From an uncultured Eubacteriales bacterium (GTDB taxonomy: Bacteria; Bacillota; Clostridia; Christensenellales; Aristaeellaceae): 64,000 bases of DNA. A model generated the notes under the pieces. It saw nothing but the letters and a program-made list of their open reading frames with translations, was not told the origin of the DNA and did no database searches. Positions 40,228-51,051 of this stretch are shown one piece after another; position 1 is the first letter of the stretch; each line of letters starts with the position of its first letter. The stretch spans positions 1,050 to 65,049 of the forward strand of contig CACYGB010000013.1 in NCBI GenBank assembly GCA_902773895.1. The letters are read 5' to 3'. The position numbers and the translations under genes were made by a program.

Positions 40228-41649
40228 TTACTGCGCTTCGCCGGCGATATACAGGGTGAAGCCGTTCAGGTTCACCTGGGCCAGATCGCCGGTGAAGGCG
40301 GTCAGGTAGCTGTCGCCGGTCAGGGTCCACACGGAGGTGCCGTCCAGGGTCACCGTCACATCCTGGGACGCGTTGGCGCTGTTGACGGCGCCGGTCAGGG
40401 AGCTGTTTTCCGTCAGGCTGATGTGCAGGCTGGACAGGGCGTCCGCCGTCAGATCGCCGGCAATTTCCTGGGAAGCGAGGTTCAGCGTCACGTGGCCGCC
40501 GTTGCTGCCGCTGTTGCCCCAGGCGTCGGCGGAAGCGGACAGGAACACGCTGCTGTCGTCGGCGGGATGGAAAGCGACGCCGGTCAGGCTGATGGTAGTG
40601 GTCACGTTGGTCACGTGGAACATATCGCCGGTCAGGGCGGTCATGTCGCCGCCCGTCATGGTAAAGACGGAGCTGCCGTCCCGGGCGTCGCCGGACATGG
40701 ATTGGTAAATGAGCACGTTGGTTTTCACGGTGGACTGGCCGTTGAGCACGGCGTCGTTGCCGGTAATCTGCACGCCGTTCAGCGTGACGCTGTTGCCGCC
40801 CTCGATGACCACGGCCTCGGAGCCGGAGGCGGAAAGCACGGCGCCGGACACGGTGATGTCGGCGGTGGAATAAATGGCGGGGGAGCCGCGGCCGGTGGTT
40901 TCGTAGGTGCCGCCCTGCACGTTGACGGTGCCGCCGCCCCGGTCGGAACGGATGGCCGCGGAGGAATTGCCGGCGGTGGAAACAGTGACGTTGACGGCGT
41001 TCATCGCCGCGCCGCCGGTGGTCATCAGGCCGCCGGAATTGTTGCCGGTGGTGATGATGGCGGTGTCGGAAACGTTGACGGTGGTGCCGCTGCCGTAGCT
41101 GAACACGGCGTTGGCGTGGGCGCCGTCGGTGGTGATTTGGGCGTTTTCTATGGTAAGCGCCGCGCCGTCCGTCGCCAGCACGGCGGCGTTGATGCCGTAG
41201 AAGTCGGCGCTTTCGCTGTCCGCGTCGCCGGTTTTGGAAACGGTGGCGCTAGTCAGCGTCACGTCGCTGCCGGAAACCAGCACAGCGCTTTCGCTGTCCG
41301 CGGAGGAGGCGTAGGTTCCGCCGTCGGCGTTTTCCGTCAGGGTCACGGCCGCGCTGTATTCCTCAGGCGCGCTGCCGCCCATGCCGCCGGGAGCGCCGCC
41401 GGGGCCGCCCATGCCGCCGGGCATTTCAGGAGGCGTGGGGAAGGAGCCGTCCGGTTTTTCGGGGGGCTGGCCGCCGTTGGGCCCGGGGCCGCCGGGGAAA
41501 GTGCCGTCCGGCAGGGCCGGGGGCGTCTGCATCTGGGTCATCTGGGTGTCGGCGCTTTCGTTTGCCTCGCCTTCCGCCAACGCTGTGGCGGAGGTCAGGG
41601 CCAGCATGGCCGCCAGGGCCACGGTCAAAAATCGTTTTGTATGTTTCAT
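40228..41649 (-). CDS. Secreted protein with a Pro/Gly-rich linker and a parallel beta-helix-like repeat body
   Basis: 473 aa with a signal peptide. It has a low-complexity stretch of the PGGPGPNGGQPPEKPDGSFPTPPEMPGGMGGPGGAPGGMGG type. Repeated T/S/G/N/V-rich beta-strand units follow (VTLTSATVSKTG, AALTIENAQITTDG and similar). Confidence 0.7.
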   Translation of the reverse strand: MKHTKRFLTVALAAMLALTSATALAEGEANESADTQMTQMQTPPALPDGTFPGGPGPNGGQPPEKPDGSFPTPPEMPGGMGGPGGAPGGMGGSAPEEYSAAVTLTENADGGTYASSADSESAVLVSGSDVTLTSATVSKTGDADSESADFYGINAAVLATDGAALTIENAQITTDGAHANAVFSYGSGTTVNVSDTAIITTGNNSGGLMTTGGAAMNAVNVTVSTAGNSSAAIRSDRGGGTVNVQGGTYETTGRGSPAIYSTADITVSGAVLSASGSEAVVIEGGNSVTLNGVQITGNDAVLNGQSTVKTNVLIYQSMSGDARDGSSVFTMTGGDMTALTGDMFHVTNVTTTISLTGVAFHPADDSSVFLSASADAWGNSGSNGGHVTLNLASQEIAGDLTADALSSLHISLTENSSLTGAVNSANASQDVTVTLDGTSVWTLTGDSYLTAFTGDLAQVNLNGFTLYIAGEAQ

Positions 41650-41817
41650 TATTCAAACCTCCCATTTGCTTTTTCTGTGCCGGAAGGCGTTTTTCCTTTC
41701 GACGGACACAGGATAGCAGGGGAACCTTAAAACAACCTTGAATAAAGAAAAAAGATTTGCGGATGTTCTGATTTGTCTGATCTGAGCGGAAAAGATAAAT
41801 TTTTTTGCATTTCCACC

Positions 41818-41846
41818 TTGACACGGGTTGAGAAACATGATACAAT
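41818..41846 (+). promoter_or_regulatory. Sigma-A-type promoter of the LacI/maltodextrin operon
   Basis: TTGACA, a 17-nt spacer, then TACAAT. Confidence 0.65.
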
Positions 41847-41856
41847 CATGTTGAAT

Positions 41857-41878
41857 GGAAACGTTTCCGATAACGTTA
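41857..41878. promoter_or_regulatory. Putative LacI-family operators
   Basis: A perfect palindrome GGAAACGTTTCC (41857-41868) sits immediately downstream of the -10 box. A second CG-centred half-palindrome TAACGTTA follows at 41871-41878. Confidence 0.6.
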
Positions 41879-41898
41879 CCGAAATTCCGGAGGATGCT

Positions 41899-42900
41899 AT
41901 GAAGATCTATACCATCCGGGATATAGCGGAAAAAGCCGGCGTCAGCGTGACGACGGTTTCCCGGGTGCTGAACCATCGCCCGGATGTCAGCAAGGATACC
42001 CAGCAGCGGGTGGAACGGGTGATGGCGGAGTGCCATTTTGTGGGCAACGCCAATGCCCGGGGGCTGAAGCAGGCGGACAGCGAAACGGTGGCCGTCATCA
42101 TCCGCGGGCGTCAGAACCCCTTCCTGAACGCGCTGGCGGAGGAAATGCTGCAGTGCGCGGACCGGGATCAGGCTGCCGTGATCCTGGAATACATCGACGA
42201 AAAAGCGGATGAATTCCGCCACGCGCTGATGCTGAGCCACAGCCGGCGGATCTCGGGGCTCATTTTTGTGGGCAGCCGTATTGACGAAAGGTGCCGGGTG
42301 CTCAGCGGGGTGAACATCCCCATGGTGTTCGCCACGGTGTCCGCCGCGGGCACGCCCATGGAACGGGCCGCGTCCGTTTCCATGGACGACCGGGCCATGG
42401 CCTGCGCGGCGGTGGAAGCGCTGCTGGCCAGGGGCCGGAAGCGGATCGCCGTGTTCGGCGGCAACCGGCAGGGAACCGACAGCCCGGCGCTGCGGGCCCT
42501 GGGCGCCAGGGAAGCCATGGAAAAGGGCGGATGGCAGCTGGAGGACAGCCGGTACGTGGAAACCCGGTTCACCCCGGCGGACGCGTACGAGGCAGCCCGG
42601 GATTTCTTTTCCCGCTGCCCGGATACCGACGGCGTTTTCTGCATGAGCGACCTGGTGGCCCTGGGGGTCATCCGGGCGCTGAAGGACCTGGGAAAGCAGG
42701 TGCCCCGGGACGTGAGCGTCATCGGCATCGACGGTATCGAGATCGGGCGTTACCTGATCCCCAGCCTGAGCACGGTGGTGCAGCCGGCGGCGGAAATCGC
42801 CCGGCAGAGCATGCAGGTGCTGTACGACATGATGCAGCACGGCGCGCCCGGAAAGCACATCACCCTGCCGGGGAAGGTGGAGATCCGGGAATCCATATGA
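41899..42900 (+). CDS. LacI-family transcriptional regulator (MalR-like by context)
   Basis: 333 aa with the HTH MKIYTIRDIAEKAGVSVTTVSRVLN and a periplasmic-binding-fold core. Confidence 0.85.
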   Translation: MKIYTIRDIAEKAGVSVTTVSRVLNHRPDVSKDTQQRVERVMAECHFVGNANARGLKQADSETVAVIIRGRQNPFLNALAEEMLQCADRDQAAVILEYIDEKADEFRHALMLSHSRRISGLIFVGSRIDERCRVLSGVNIPMVFATVSAAGTPMERAASVSMDDRAMACAAVEALLARGRKRIAVFGGNRQGTDSPALRALGAREAMEKGGWQLEDSRYVETRFTPADAYEAARDFFSRCPDTDGVFCMSDLVALGVIRALKDLGKQVPRDVSVIGIDGIEIGRYLIPSLSTVVQPAAEIARQSMQVLYDMMQHGAPGKHITLPGKVEIRESI

Positions 42901-42952
42901 ACGAACTCAACGCGGCTTTACCGCGTGAGAAATAAAAAGGAGGAAACATCCT

Positions 42953-44164
42953 ATGAAAAAAATCCTTGCTCTGGTGTTGGCTGCCATGATGGTGCTGTCC
43001 ATGGCGTCCTTCGCCGCCGCTGATGACGGCTATGCCGGCAACCTGAAGATCTGGGTTGCCGAAGCGACTGTGGAATTCACCAAGGCGCAGGTGGAAGCCT
43101 TCAAGGCTGCCCATCCGGAATACGCCAACATGACCGTGGAAGTTCTGCCCGTTGGTGAAGGCGATGCCGCCAACAACGTGATCACCGACGTGGAAGCTGC
43201 CGCTGACATTTTCGGCTTCGCCCAGGACCAGCTGGCCCGCCTGGTGGCCGCCAATGCCCTGATGGACGTGGAACCCGAAAACGCCAAAGTGGTCGCCGCT
43301 GAAAACGACGCCGGCTCCGTGGCCGCCGTCACCCTGGGCGAAACCATGTACGCTTACCCCATGACCTGCGACAACGGCTACTTCCTGTACTACGACAAGT
43401 CCGTGGTGTCTGATCCCAGCACCCTGGAAGGCATCGTGGCGGACTGCGAAAAGGCCGGCAAGAATGTGTACTTTGAAATCAACTCCGGCTGGTACCAGAC
43501 CGCGTTCTTCTTCGGCGCCGGCTGCACCCTGACCTATGGCACCGACAACGAAGGCGCCATCGTGTCCAGCGAATGCAACTACGCTTCCGAAAACGGCGTG
43601 AAGGCCCTGAAGGCCATGATCAACCTGGCCAAGAGCCCCGCTTTCAAGAATGGCTCCTCCATTTCCGCCGGCAGTGACATCGGCGCTATCGTGGACGGCG
43701 CCTGGGATTCCAATTACGCCCAGGAAGCCTTCGGCGAGAACTTTGCCGCTGTGAAACTGCCCACCGTGGACGGCTTCCAGCTGGGCGGCTTCGGCGGATT
43801 CAAAATGCTGGGCGTGAAGCCCCAGACCGACGAAGCCAAGATGGCTGCCTGCGACGCGCTGGCCGCTTACCTGACCTCCGGCGAAGTGCAGCTGGCCCGC
43901 TTTGAAGCGGTTGGCTGGGGTCCCTCCAACCTGGCTGCCAAGTCCAGTGAAAAGGTGCAGTCCAACGTGGCGCTGGCCGCTCTGGCGGATCAGCTGCAGT
44001 ATGCTGTGCCCCAGGGCCAGTATCCCAACGATTATTGGTCTCTGGCCACCGGCCTGGGCGACGACGTGATCGCCGGCAAGTACAACGATCTGGACGACGC
44101 CGCGCTGCTGGAAGTGCTGCAGAACTTCCAGAATACCGCTGCTTCCTACGTGACTGCCAAGTAA
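42953..44164 (+). CDS. Sugar (maltodextrin-type) ABC substrate-binding protein
   Basis: 403 aa with a signal peptide, an SBP_bac_1-like sequence, and strongly biased codons. Confidence 0.8.
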   Translation: MKKILALVLAAMMVLSMASFAAADDGYAGNLKIWVAEATVEFTKAQVEAFKAAHPEYANMTVEVLPVGEGDAANNVITDVEAAADIFGFAQDQLARLVAANALMDVEPENAKVVAAENDAGSVAAVTLGETMYAYPMTCDNGYFLYYDKSVVSDPSTLEGIVADCEKAGKNVYFEINSGWYQTAFFFGAGCTLTYGTDNEGAIVSSECNYASENGVKALKAMINLAKSPAFKNGSSISAGSDIGAIVDGAWDSNYAQEAFGENFAAVKLPTVDGFQLGGFGGFKMLGVKPQTDEAKMAACDALAAYLTSGEVQLARFEAVGWGPSNLAAKSSEKVQSNVALAALADQLQYAVPQGQYPNDYWSLATGLGDDVIAGKYNDLDDAALLEVLQNFQNTAASYVTAK

Positions 44165-44175
44165 GAAAATCCAAC

Positions 44176-44208
44176 GGGGCTGAGGGTGTGCTGCCCTCAG
44201 CCCTTTTG
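44176..44208 (+). terminator. Intercistronic stem-loop or partial terminator after the SBP gene
   Basis: Stem GGGGCTGAGGG / CCCTCAGCCC followed by TTTT. Confidence 0.55.
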
Positions 44209-44270
44209 TGGATTTTCGGGCGCCGGACGGCGCCTGATGCCTGTGGGAAATGACGGGGAGGCGGATGCGC

Positions 44271-45752
44271 ATGAATGATTTGGATTACCTGAAGCTGACA
44301 GGCTTTTCCAAGCTGGGATACAAGCTGAAAAAGTTCTTTACCGGCATCCCGGGCCGGCTGGCTGGCGCTTTGAAGGGTCTGGGGCTGTGGTTTGTGAAAC
44401 TGTTCCGCGGGATCGGAAGCGCGCTGGCTGATTTGGGAAGCACCTTTGTGCACGGCGACTGGAAAACCAAGCTGTCCTATCTGGTGATGGGCTTTGGCTC
44501 CTGCGCCCGGGGACAGTGGGGCAGGGGCATCCTGTTTTTCCTGTTCCAGACGGTGTTTAACCTGTACATGGTGAATTTCGGCGTGGCCTACCTGGGCAAG
44601 CTGAACACCCTGGGCACCATTGAAACCTACCGCGAAGGCCGCAAAACGGTGTACGGCGACAATTCCTTCTTTATTCTGCTTTACGGCGTGCTGACGCTGT
44701 TCTTTGTGCTGGCGTTTCTGTACACCTGGTACATGAACGTGAAGCAGAACCGGGTGAGCGAGCAGATCCTTAAAAGCGGCAAAAAGCTCAAGTCCACCAA
44801 GGACGACCTGAAATCCCTGATGGATGAGCAGTTCCATAAGACGCTGCTGGCGCTGCCCACGCTGGGCGTGACGGTGTTCACCATCCTGCCCATCTTCTTC
44901 ATGATCCTGGTGGCCTTCACCAATTTCGACGCCACCCATCAGCCGCCCAGCAAGCTGTTCACCTGGGTAGGCTGGGACAACTTCCGGCAGCTGCTTTCCA
45001 GCGACAACGCCTCCTACGGCAACACCTTCAGCCAGGTGCTGCTGTGGACGCTGATCTGGGCCTTCTTTGCCACCTTCCTGAATTATTTCCTGGGCATGCT
45101 GGTGGCCATCATGATCAACAAGAAGGGCATCAAGCTGAAGAAGATGTGGCGCACCATCCTGGTGATGACCATTGCCATTCCCCAGTTCGTGTCCCTGCTG
45201 TATGTGAGCAAGATGTTCGCCGCCGACGGCCTGATCAACAGCTTCCTGATGCGGCTGGGCTGGATTTCCACCCCGCTTCCCTTCTGGACCGACCCCGTGT
45301 GGGCCCGGGTGACGGTCATCGTGATCAACGTGTGGATCGGCATTCCCTACCTGATGCTGATCGCCACCGGTATCCTGATGAACATTCCGGCCGACCTCTA
45401 TGAGAGCGCCCGCATCGACGGCGCCAACGCGTTCCAGATGTACAAAAAGATCACGCTGCCCTATATGCTGTTCGTCACCGGGCCGTACCTGCTGACCAGC
45501 TTTACCGGCAACATCAACAACTTCAACGTGATCTTCCTGCTTTCCGGCGGCAAGCCCCTGTCCCTGGAGCTTTCCGGCAACGCGGGCTATACCGATCTGC
45601 TGATCACCTGGCTGTACAAGATGACGGTGTCCGACACCAACTACAAGCTGGCCGCCGTCATGGGCATCCTGGTGTTCCTGGTCTGCGCCGTGATCAACCT
45701 GATCGTGTACAACATGATCCCGTCCGTCAAGAATGAGGAGGATTTCCAGTAA
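44271..45752 (+). CDS. Sugar ABC permease, MalF-like
   Basis: About 493 aa with an extended N-terminal TM region and a BPD_transp_1 core. The start is ambiguous among the ATGs at 44250, 44265 and 44271. Confidence 0.8.
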   Translation: MNDLDYLKLTGFSKLGYKLKKFFTGIPGRLAGALKGLGLWFVKLFRGIGSALADLGSTFVHGDWKTKLSYLVMGFGSCARGQWGRGILFFLFQTVFNLYMVNFGVAYLGKLNTLGTIETYREGRKTVYGDNSFFILLYGVLTLFFVLAFLYTWYMNVKQNRVSEQILKSGKKLKSTKDDLKSLMDEQFHKTLLALPTLGVTVFTILPIFFMILVAFTNFDATHQPPSKLFTWVGWDNFRQLLSSDNASYGNTFSQVLLWTLIWAFFATFLNYFLGMLVAIMINKKGIKLKKMWRTILVMTIAIPQFVSLLYVSKMFAADGLINSFLMRLGWISTPLPFWTDPVWARVTVIVINVWIGIPYLMLIATGILMNIPADLYESARIDGANAFQMYKKITLPYMLFVTGPYLLTSFTGNINNFNVIFLLSGGKPLSLELSGNAGYTDLLITWLYKMTVSDTNYKLAAVMGILVFLVCAVINLIVYNMIPSVKNEEDFQ

Positions 45753-46699
45753 TGAGCAAAAAGAATGAAATACCGGAAGTCGATATCGTGATTGACGAGC
45801 AAAAAGGCGTCATCCGGGAAGTCAAGCAGCCCAACCTGCGCTCCAAGGCGGGCCATGAACGCCGGGTCAACACGGGAATCTACATCCTCCTGGTGCTCAT
45901 TTCCGTGATCTGGCTGGCGCCGTTTGTGTTCCTGGTGTTCCAATCCTTCCGGTCCTACGCAACCGAGGACGGCGGCATGGTGGCCTACCTGCTGCCCAAG
46001 CAGTGGTCGCTGGACAATTACCGCTGGCTGTTCAACGATCCCAAGAGCAATTTCCTGCGCTGGTACGGCAACACCCTGCTGATCGCGCTGTTCTGCGCGG
46101 TGATCCAGACCGTCATGGTGCTGTCCGTTTCCTACACCCTCAGCCGCCTGCGCTTCAAGGGCCGCAAGCTGATCATGAACGTGGTGCTGGTGCTGGGCAT
46201 GTTCCCCGGCTTCCTGACCATGATCACGCTGTACTTCCTGCTCAAGCAGCTGGGCCTGACCCAGCAGGGCGCAATCCCCGGCCTGATCCTGATTTATGTG
46301 GCTTCCTCCGGCATGGGCTATTACATTTCCAAGGGCTTCTTTGATACCATCCCCAAATCCCTGGACGAATCGGCGCGCATCGACGGCGCCACCCGCTTCC
46401 AGGTGTTTTTGAAGATCATCATGCCCCTGGCCAAGCCCATCGTGATCTACACCATCCTGATGGCGTTCATGGCGCCCTGGGGCGACTATGTGTTCGCCTC
46501 CTACGTGGCCTTCGGCTCCGAACCCAATTACAACGTGGCCGTGGGCTTGTACCGGTGGGTCAACGTGAACGACTATCAAGGGTATTTCACCCGCTTCTGC
46601 GCCGGCGGCGTGCTGGTGGCCGTGCCCATCACGGCCCTGTTCCTGGCCCTGCAGAAGTATTATGTTGAAGGCGTCACCGGCGGCGCCGTCAAGGGCTGA
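45752..46699 (+). CDS. Sugar ABC permease, MalG-like
   Basis: 315 aa with an EAA-loop region (DESARIDGATRFQVFLKIIMP). Confidence 0.85.
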   Translation: MSKKNEIPEVDIVIDEQKGVIREVKQPNLRSKAGHERRVNTGIYILLVLISVIWLAPFVFLVFQSFRSYATEDGGMVAYLLPKQWSLDNYRWLFNDPKSNFLRWYGNTLLIALFCAVIQTVMVLSVSYTLSRLRFKGRKLIMNVVLVLGMFPGFLTMITLYFLLKQLGLTQQGAIPGLILIYVASSGMGYYISKGFFDTIPKSLDESARIDGATRFQVFLKIIMPLAKPIVIYTILMAFMAPWGDYVFASYVAFGSEPNYNVAVGLYRWVNVNDYQGYFTRFCAGGVLVAVPITALFLALQKYYVEGVTGGAVKG

Positions 46700-46726
46700 C
46701 GAGCATCACAAGGAGGAACGAAGAAA

Positions 46727-47857
<1,131 letters not shown>

Positions 47858-47908
47858 CAAAAAAATGCGCGCGGCGGATCGGGAATGCCCGGTCCGCCGT
47901 GCTTCTTC

Positions 47909-47958
47909 TTGACTTTTTCCGGAATTCGTGATACCATGACGGGGATGGAAACGTTTCC
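47909..47958 (+). promoter_or_regulatory. Promoter plus LacI-type operator upstream of the amylase gene
   Basis: TTGACT, a 17-nt spacer, then TACCAT. The same perfect palindrome GGAAACGTTTCC follows at 47947-47958. Confidence 0.55.
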
Positions 47959-47993
47959 GGTATTGTTTTCAACCGACAGCGGGAGGTGCTGTT

Positions 47994-49526
47994 ATGCGTT
48001 CAGCCGGGGGACGGATCGCCTTGGCGCTGCTTTGCCTGCTGCTTTTGCCCTGGGGCAGCCTGGCGGCGGAAAGCGGCAGCGGCATCGTGTACGAGATTTT
48101 CGTGGGCTCCTTTGCGGACAGCGACGGCGACGGCGTGGGCGATTTGAAGGGCGTGGAAGGGAAGCTGGATTATATTGCCTCCCTGGGCGCAGAATACATC
48201 TGGCTGACGCCCATCCATCCGTCGCCCAGCTACCATCATTACGACGTGACGGATTATTACGCCGTGGCCCCGGCGTTCGGCACCCTGCAGGATTTTGATT
48301 CCCTGGCTGCCGCCTGCGCGGAAAAGGGCATCGGCGTCATCCTGGACCTGGTGGTGAACCACACCAGCGTGGAGCATCCCTGGTTCCTGAGCGCCTGCGA
48401 TGATCTGAAGGCAGGCCGGACGGAGGGTTTCCGGGATTACTACCTTTTCTCCCGGGGCAGCGGACAGTACCCGGTGCCCGGCACGGAGGACTGGTACTAC
48501 GAAGGGGCCTTCGGCGGCCATATGCCGGATCTGAACCTGGATTGCCCCGGCGTGCGGCAGGAAATTGCCGATGTGATCGCCTTCTGGCAGGGCCACGGGG
48601 TGAAGGGCTTCCGGCTGGACGCCACCACCAGCTATTACACCGGCGATACCGCCCGGAATACGGAGTTTTTGCGTTTTATTACCGAAACCGCCAAATCGGG
48701 CGACCCCGACTGCTATGTGGTGGGGGAGGCCTGGACCAACGAAAACACCATCCTGGAACTGTATCAAAGCGGCATTGACAGCCTGTTCAATTTTCCTGCC
48801 TCCGCCGCGGAGGGCACGCTGATCAAGGCCGCCGCCAAGGGGAAAGGCGCGGCTGCCGCCGAAAAAATGGCGGACTGGCAGGAAAAGATCCGCGCGGTGT
48901 CCCCGTCGTCGGTGGACGCGCCGTTCCTGTCCAACCATGACCAGGCCCGTTCCCGGGGTATGATGGCCAGCAACGGCAGGCAAATGAAAACCGCCGCCAT
49001 GCTGTACCTGCTCCTGCCGGGGCATCCCTTCCTGTATTACGGCGAGGAAATCGGCATGAGCGGCTCCGGCCGGGATGAAAACAAGCGCCTGCCCATGCTG
49101 TGGAGCGGCGCGGACGAAACGCAAAACTGCCTGCCGCCTGCCGATGCCGACCAGGAACAGCGGCTGACGGAGGGGGTCGCGCAGCAGGACGGCGATCCGG
49201 ACAGCCTGCTTTCCTGGTACCGCGCCCTGGGCAGGATCCGCGCGTCCCTGCCGGGATGGACACGGGGCGTCATGGCCGCGCTGCCCGCGCAGAACGCTGC
49301 CCTGTGCGCCTATACGGTGACGGGAGAGGACGGGGTCACGGCGGTGCTGGTCAACACGTCCCTTCGCCAGAGCGTCTCGGCAGACCGGGAGGCCCTGGGG
49401 CTGCAGGAGTGGGAGCTTCAGGCGGCGCTGGGCCTGACGGACGAAGCGCTGCAGCTGTGGCACAGCGAAGGGAAAATTCCCCCGTGCGCCTGCGTGATCC
49501 TGCGCGGCCCGGAAAAGACGGAATGA
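47994..49526 (+). CDS. Secreted GH13 alpha-amylase family enzyme
   Basis: 510 aa with a signal peptide and the GH13 regions DLVVNHTS, GFRLDA, GEAW and FLSNHD. Confidence 0.85.
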   Translation: MRSAGGRIALALLCLLLLPWGSLAAESGSGIVYEIFVGSFADSDGDGVGDLKGVEGKLDYIASLGAEYIWLTPIHPSPSYHHYDVTDYYAVAPAFGTLQDFDSLAAACAEKGIGVILDLVVNHTSVEHPWFLSACDDLKAGRTEGFRDYYLFSRGSGQYPVPGTEDWYYEGAFGGHMPDLNLDCPGVRQEIADVIAFWQGHGVKGFRLDATTSYYTGDTARNTEFLRFITETAKSGDPDCYVVGEAWTNENTILELYQSGIDSLFNFPASAAEGTLIKAAAKGKGAAAAEKMADWQEKIRAVSPSSVDAPFLSNHDQARSRGMMASNGRQMKTAAMLYLLLPGHPFLYYGEEIGMSGSGRDENKRLPMLWSGADETQNCLPPADADQEQRLTEGVAQQDGDPDSLLSWYRALGRIRASLPGWTRGVMAALPAQNAALCAYTVTGEDGVTAVLVNTSLRQSVSADREALGLQEWELQAALGLTDEALQLWHSEGKIPPCACVILRGPEKTE

Positions 49527-49569
49527 GGAAAACGGAAGAAAACGCCATCCAGAAAGAGAGGAATCCGTC

Positions 49570-51051
49570 ATGCGTCAAAGCGGTATCCTGATGCATATTT
49601 CATCCCTGCCGGGGCCGGACGGCATCGGCAGCCTGGGCCGGGAAGCCTACCGGTTCGCCGATTTTCTGTGCGACGCCGGCATGAGCATCTGGCAGGTGCT
49701 GCCCATGGGGCCCACGGGCTACGGCGAATCGCCTTACCAGTCCACCAGCGTGTACGCGGGCAATCCGCTGCTGATTTCGCTGGAAAAGCTGGAGGAGGAC
49801 GGATTGTTCGTGCGGCCCGCGGGACAGGAACTCCGGCCGCAGAACCCGGAGCAGGTGGATTATCCGGCGGTGCGCGCGCATAAAATGGCGCTGCTGTGGG
49901 AGGCCTTCCGTCAAAGCGAAATGAAGATGCAGCGGGAGATGGCAGCCTTCATCAAGGACAATTTGTGGGTGCATGATTTCGCGCTGTTCACCGCGCTGAA
50001 AAACCACTTTGAGGGCAAAATGTGGACCCAGTGGCCGGACCGGGACGCCAAAATGCACCGGAAGGAAGCGCTGGCCCGCTACCGGGAACAGCTGGATGAG
50101 GACATCCGCTTCCACCTGTGGTGCCAGTGCGTGTTTTCCATGCAGTGGCAGGCGCTGAAAAAATACTGCAACGAGCGGGGAATCTCCCTGTTCGGCGATA
50201 TGCCCATCTATGTGGCGGAGGACAGCTGCGACACCTGGCGGGAGCCGCAGGTGTTCCAGCTGGACAAAGACCGGGTGCCCAGGCGGGTGGCCGGGGTGCC
50301 GCCGGATTATTTTTCCGCCGACGGCCAATTGTGGGGCAATCCCCTGTACCGGTGGACGTATCTGATGTTCCGGGGGTACGACTGGTGGGTGCGGCGCATG
50401 GCGCACATGGCGAAAATGTACGACATCATCCGCATCGACCACTTTATCGGCTTTGCCAATTACTATTCCGTGCCCCACGGCGCGCCCAACGCCCGCAGCG
50501 GCAAATGGGTCATCGGCCCGGGCAAGAAGCTGTTCTGGCGCCTGAAAAAGGCGCTGCCGGGGCTGAACGTGGTGGCGGAGGACCTGGGCGCGGTGAACGA
50601 CCGGGTGCGCAGCCTGGTGGCCTACACGGGCTATCCCGGCATGAAGGTGCTCACCTTCGCTTTCGGCGGGGATGAAAAGAATATGCACCTGCCCGGAAAT
50701 ATTCCGGAAAACACCGCGTATTACACCGGCACCCACGACAACGTGACCGCCCGGGGCTGGGCGGACAATGCGTCGGAGGAGGAACTGCGCTTTGCCGGGA
50801 AGATCTGCGGCTTCACCACGCCGGAGGAAGCGCCCTGGGCGCTGATCCGCACGCTGATGCACAGCTGCGCCCGCATCGCCGTGACGCCCATGCAGGATGT
50901 GCTGGGCCTGGGGGCCTGGGCCACCATGAACCGGCCCGGCACGGTGGGCAGCTGCTGGCTGTGGCGGATGAAGGACGGCGCGGCCACCCCGGAAATCGCT
51001 GCCCGGCTGCGGCAGCTCAATGAGGAAAGCAACAGGAGGAAAAACGCATGA
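49570..51051 (+). CDS. malQ: 4-alpha-glucanotransferase (GH77)
   Basis: 493 aa starting MRQSGILMHISSLPG, with IDHF and GTHDN motifs. Confidence 0.9.
   Translation: MRQSGILMHISSLPGPDGIGSLGREAYRFADFLCDAGMSIWQVLPMGPTGYGESPYQSTSVYAGNPLLISLEKLEEDGLFVRPAGQELRPQNPEQVDYPAVRAHKMALLWEAFRQSEMKMQREMAAFIKDNLWVHDFALFTALKNHFEGKMWTQWPDRDAKMHRKEALARYREQLDEDIRFHLWCQCVFSMQWQALKKYCNERGISLFGDMPIYVAEDSCDTWREPQVFQLDKDRVPRRVAGVPPDYFSADGQLWGNPLYRWTYLMFRGYDWWVRRMAHMAKMYDIIRIDHFIGFANYYSVPHGAPNARSGKWVIGPGKKLFWRLKKALPGLNVVAEDLGAVNDRVRSLVAYTGYPGMKVLTFAFGGDEKNMHLPGNIPENTAYYTGTHDNVTARGWADNASEEELRFAGKICGFTTPEEAPWALIRTLMHSCARIAVTPMQDVLGLGAWATMNRPGTVGSCWLWRMKDGAATPEIAARLRQLNEESNRRKNA

Noticed and set aside
44250-44270. Longer N-terminus (MTGRRMRM...) for the MalF-like permease
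   Set aside because: The GGGGAGG RBS lies inside this extension and is best spaced for the ATG at 44271. The start remains uncertain by up to 7 codons.
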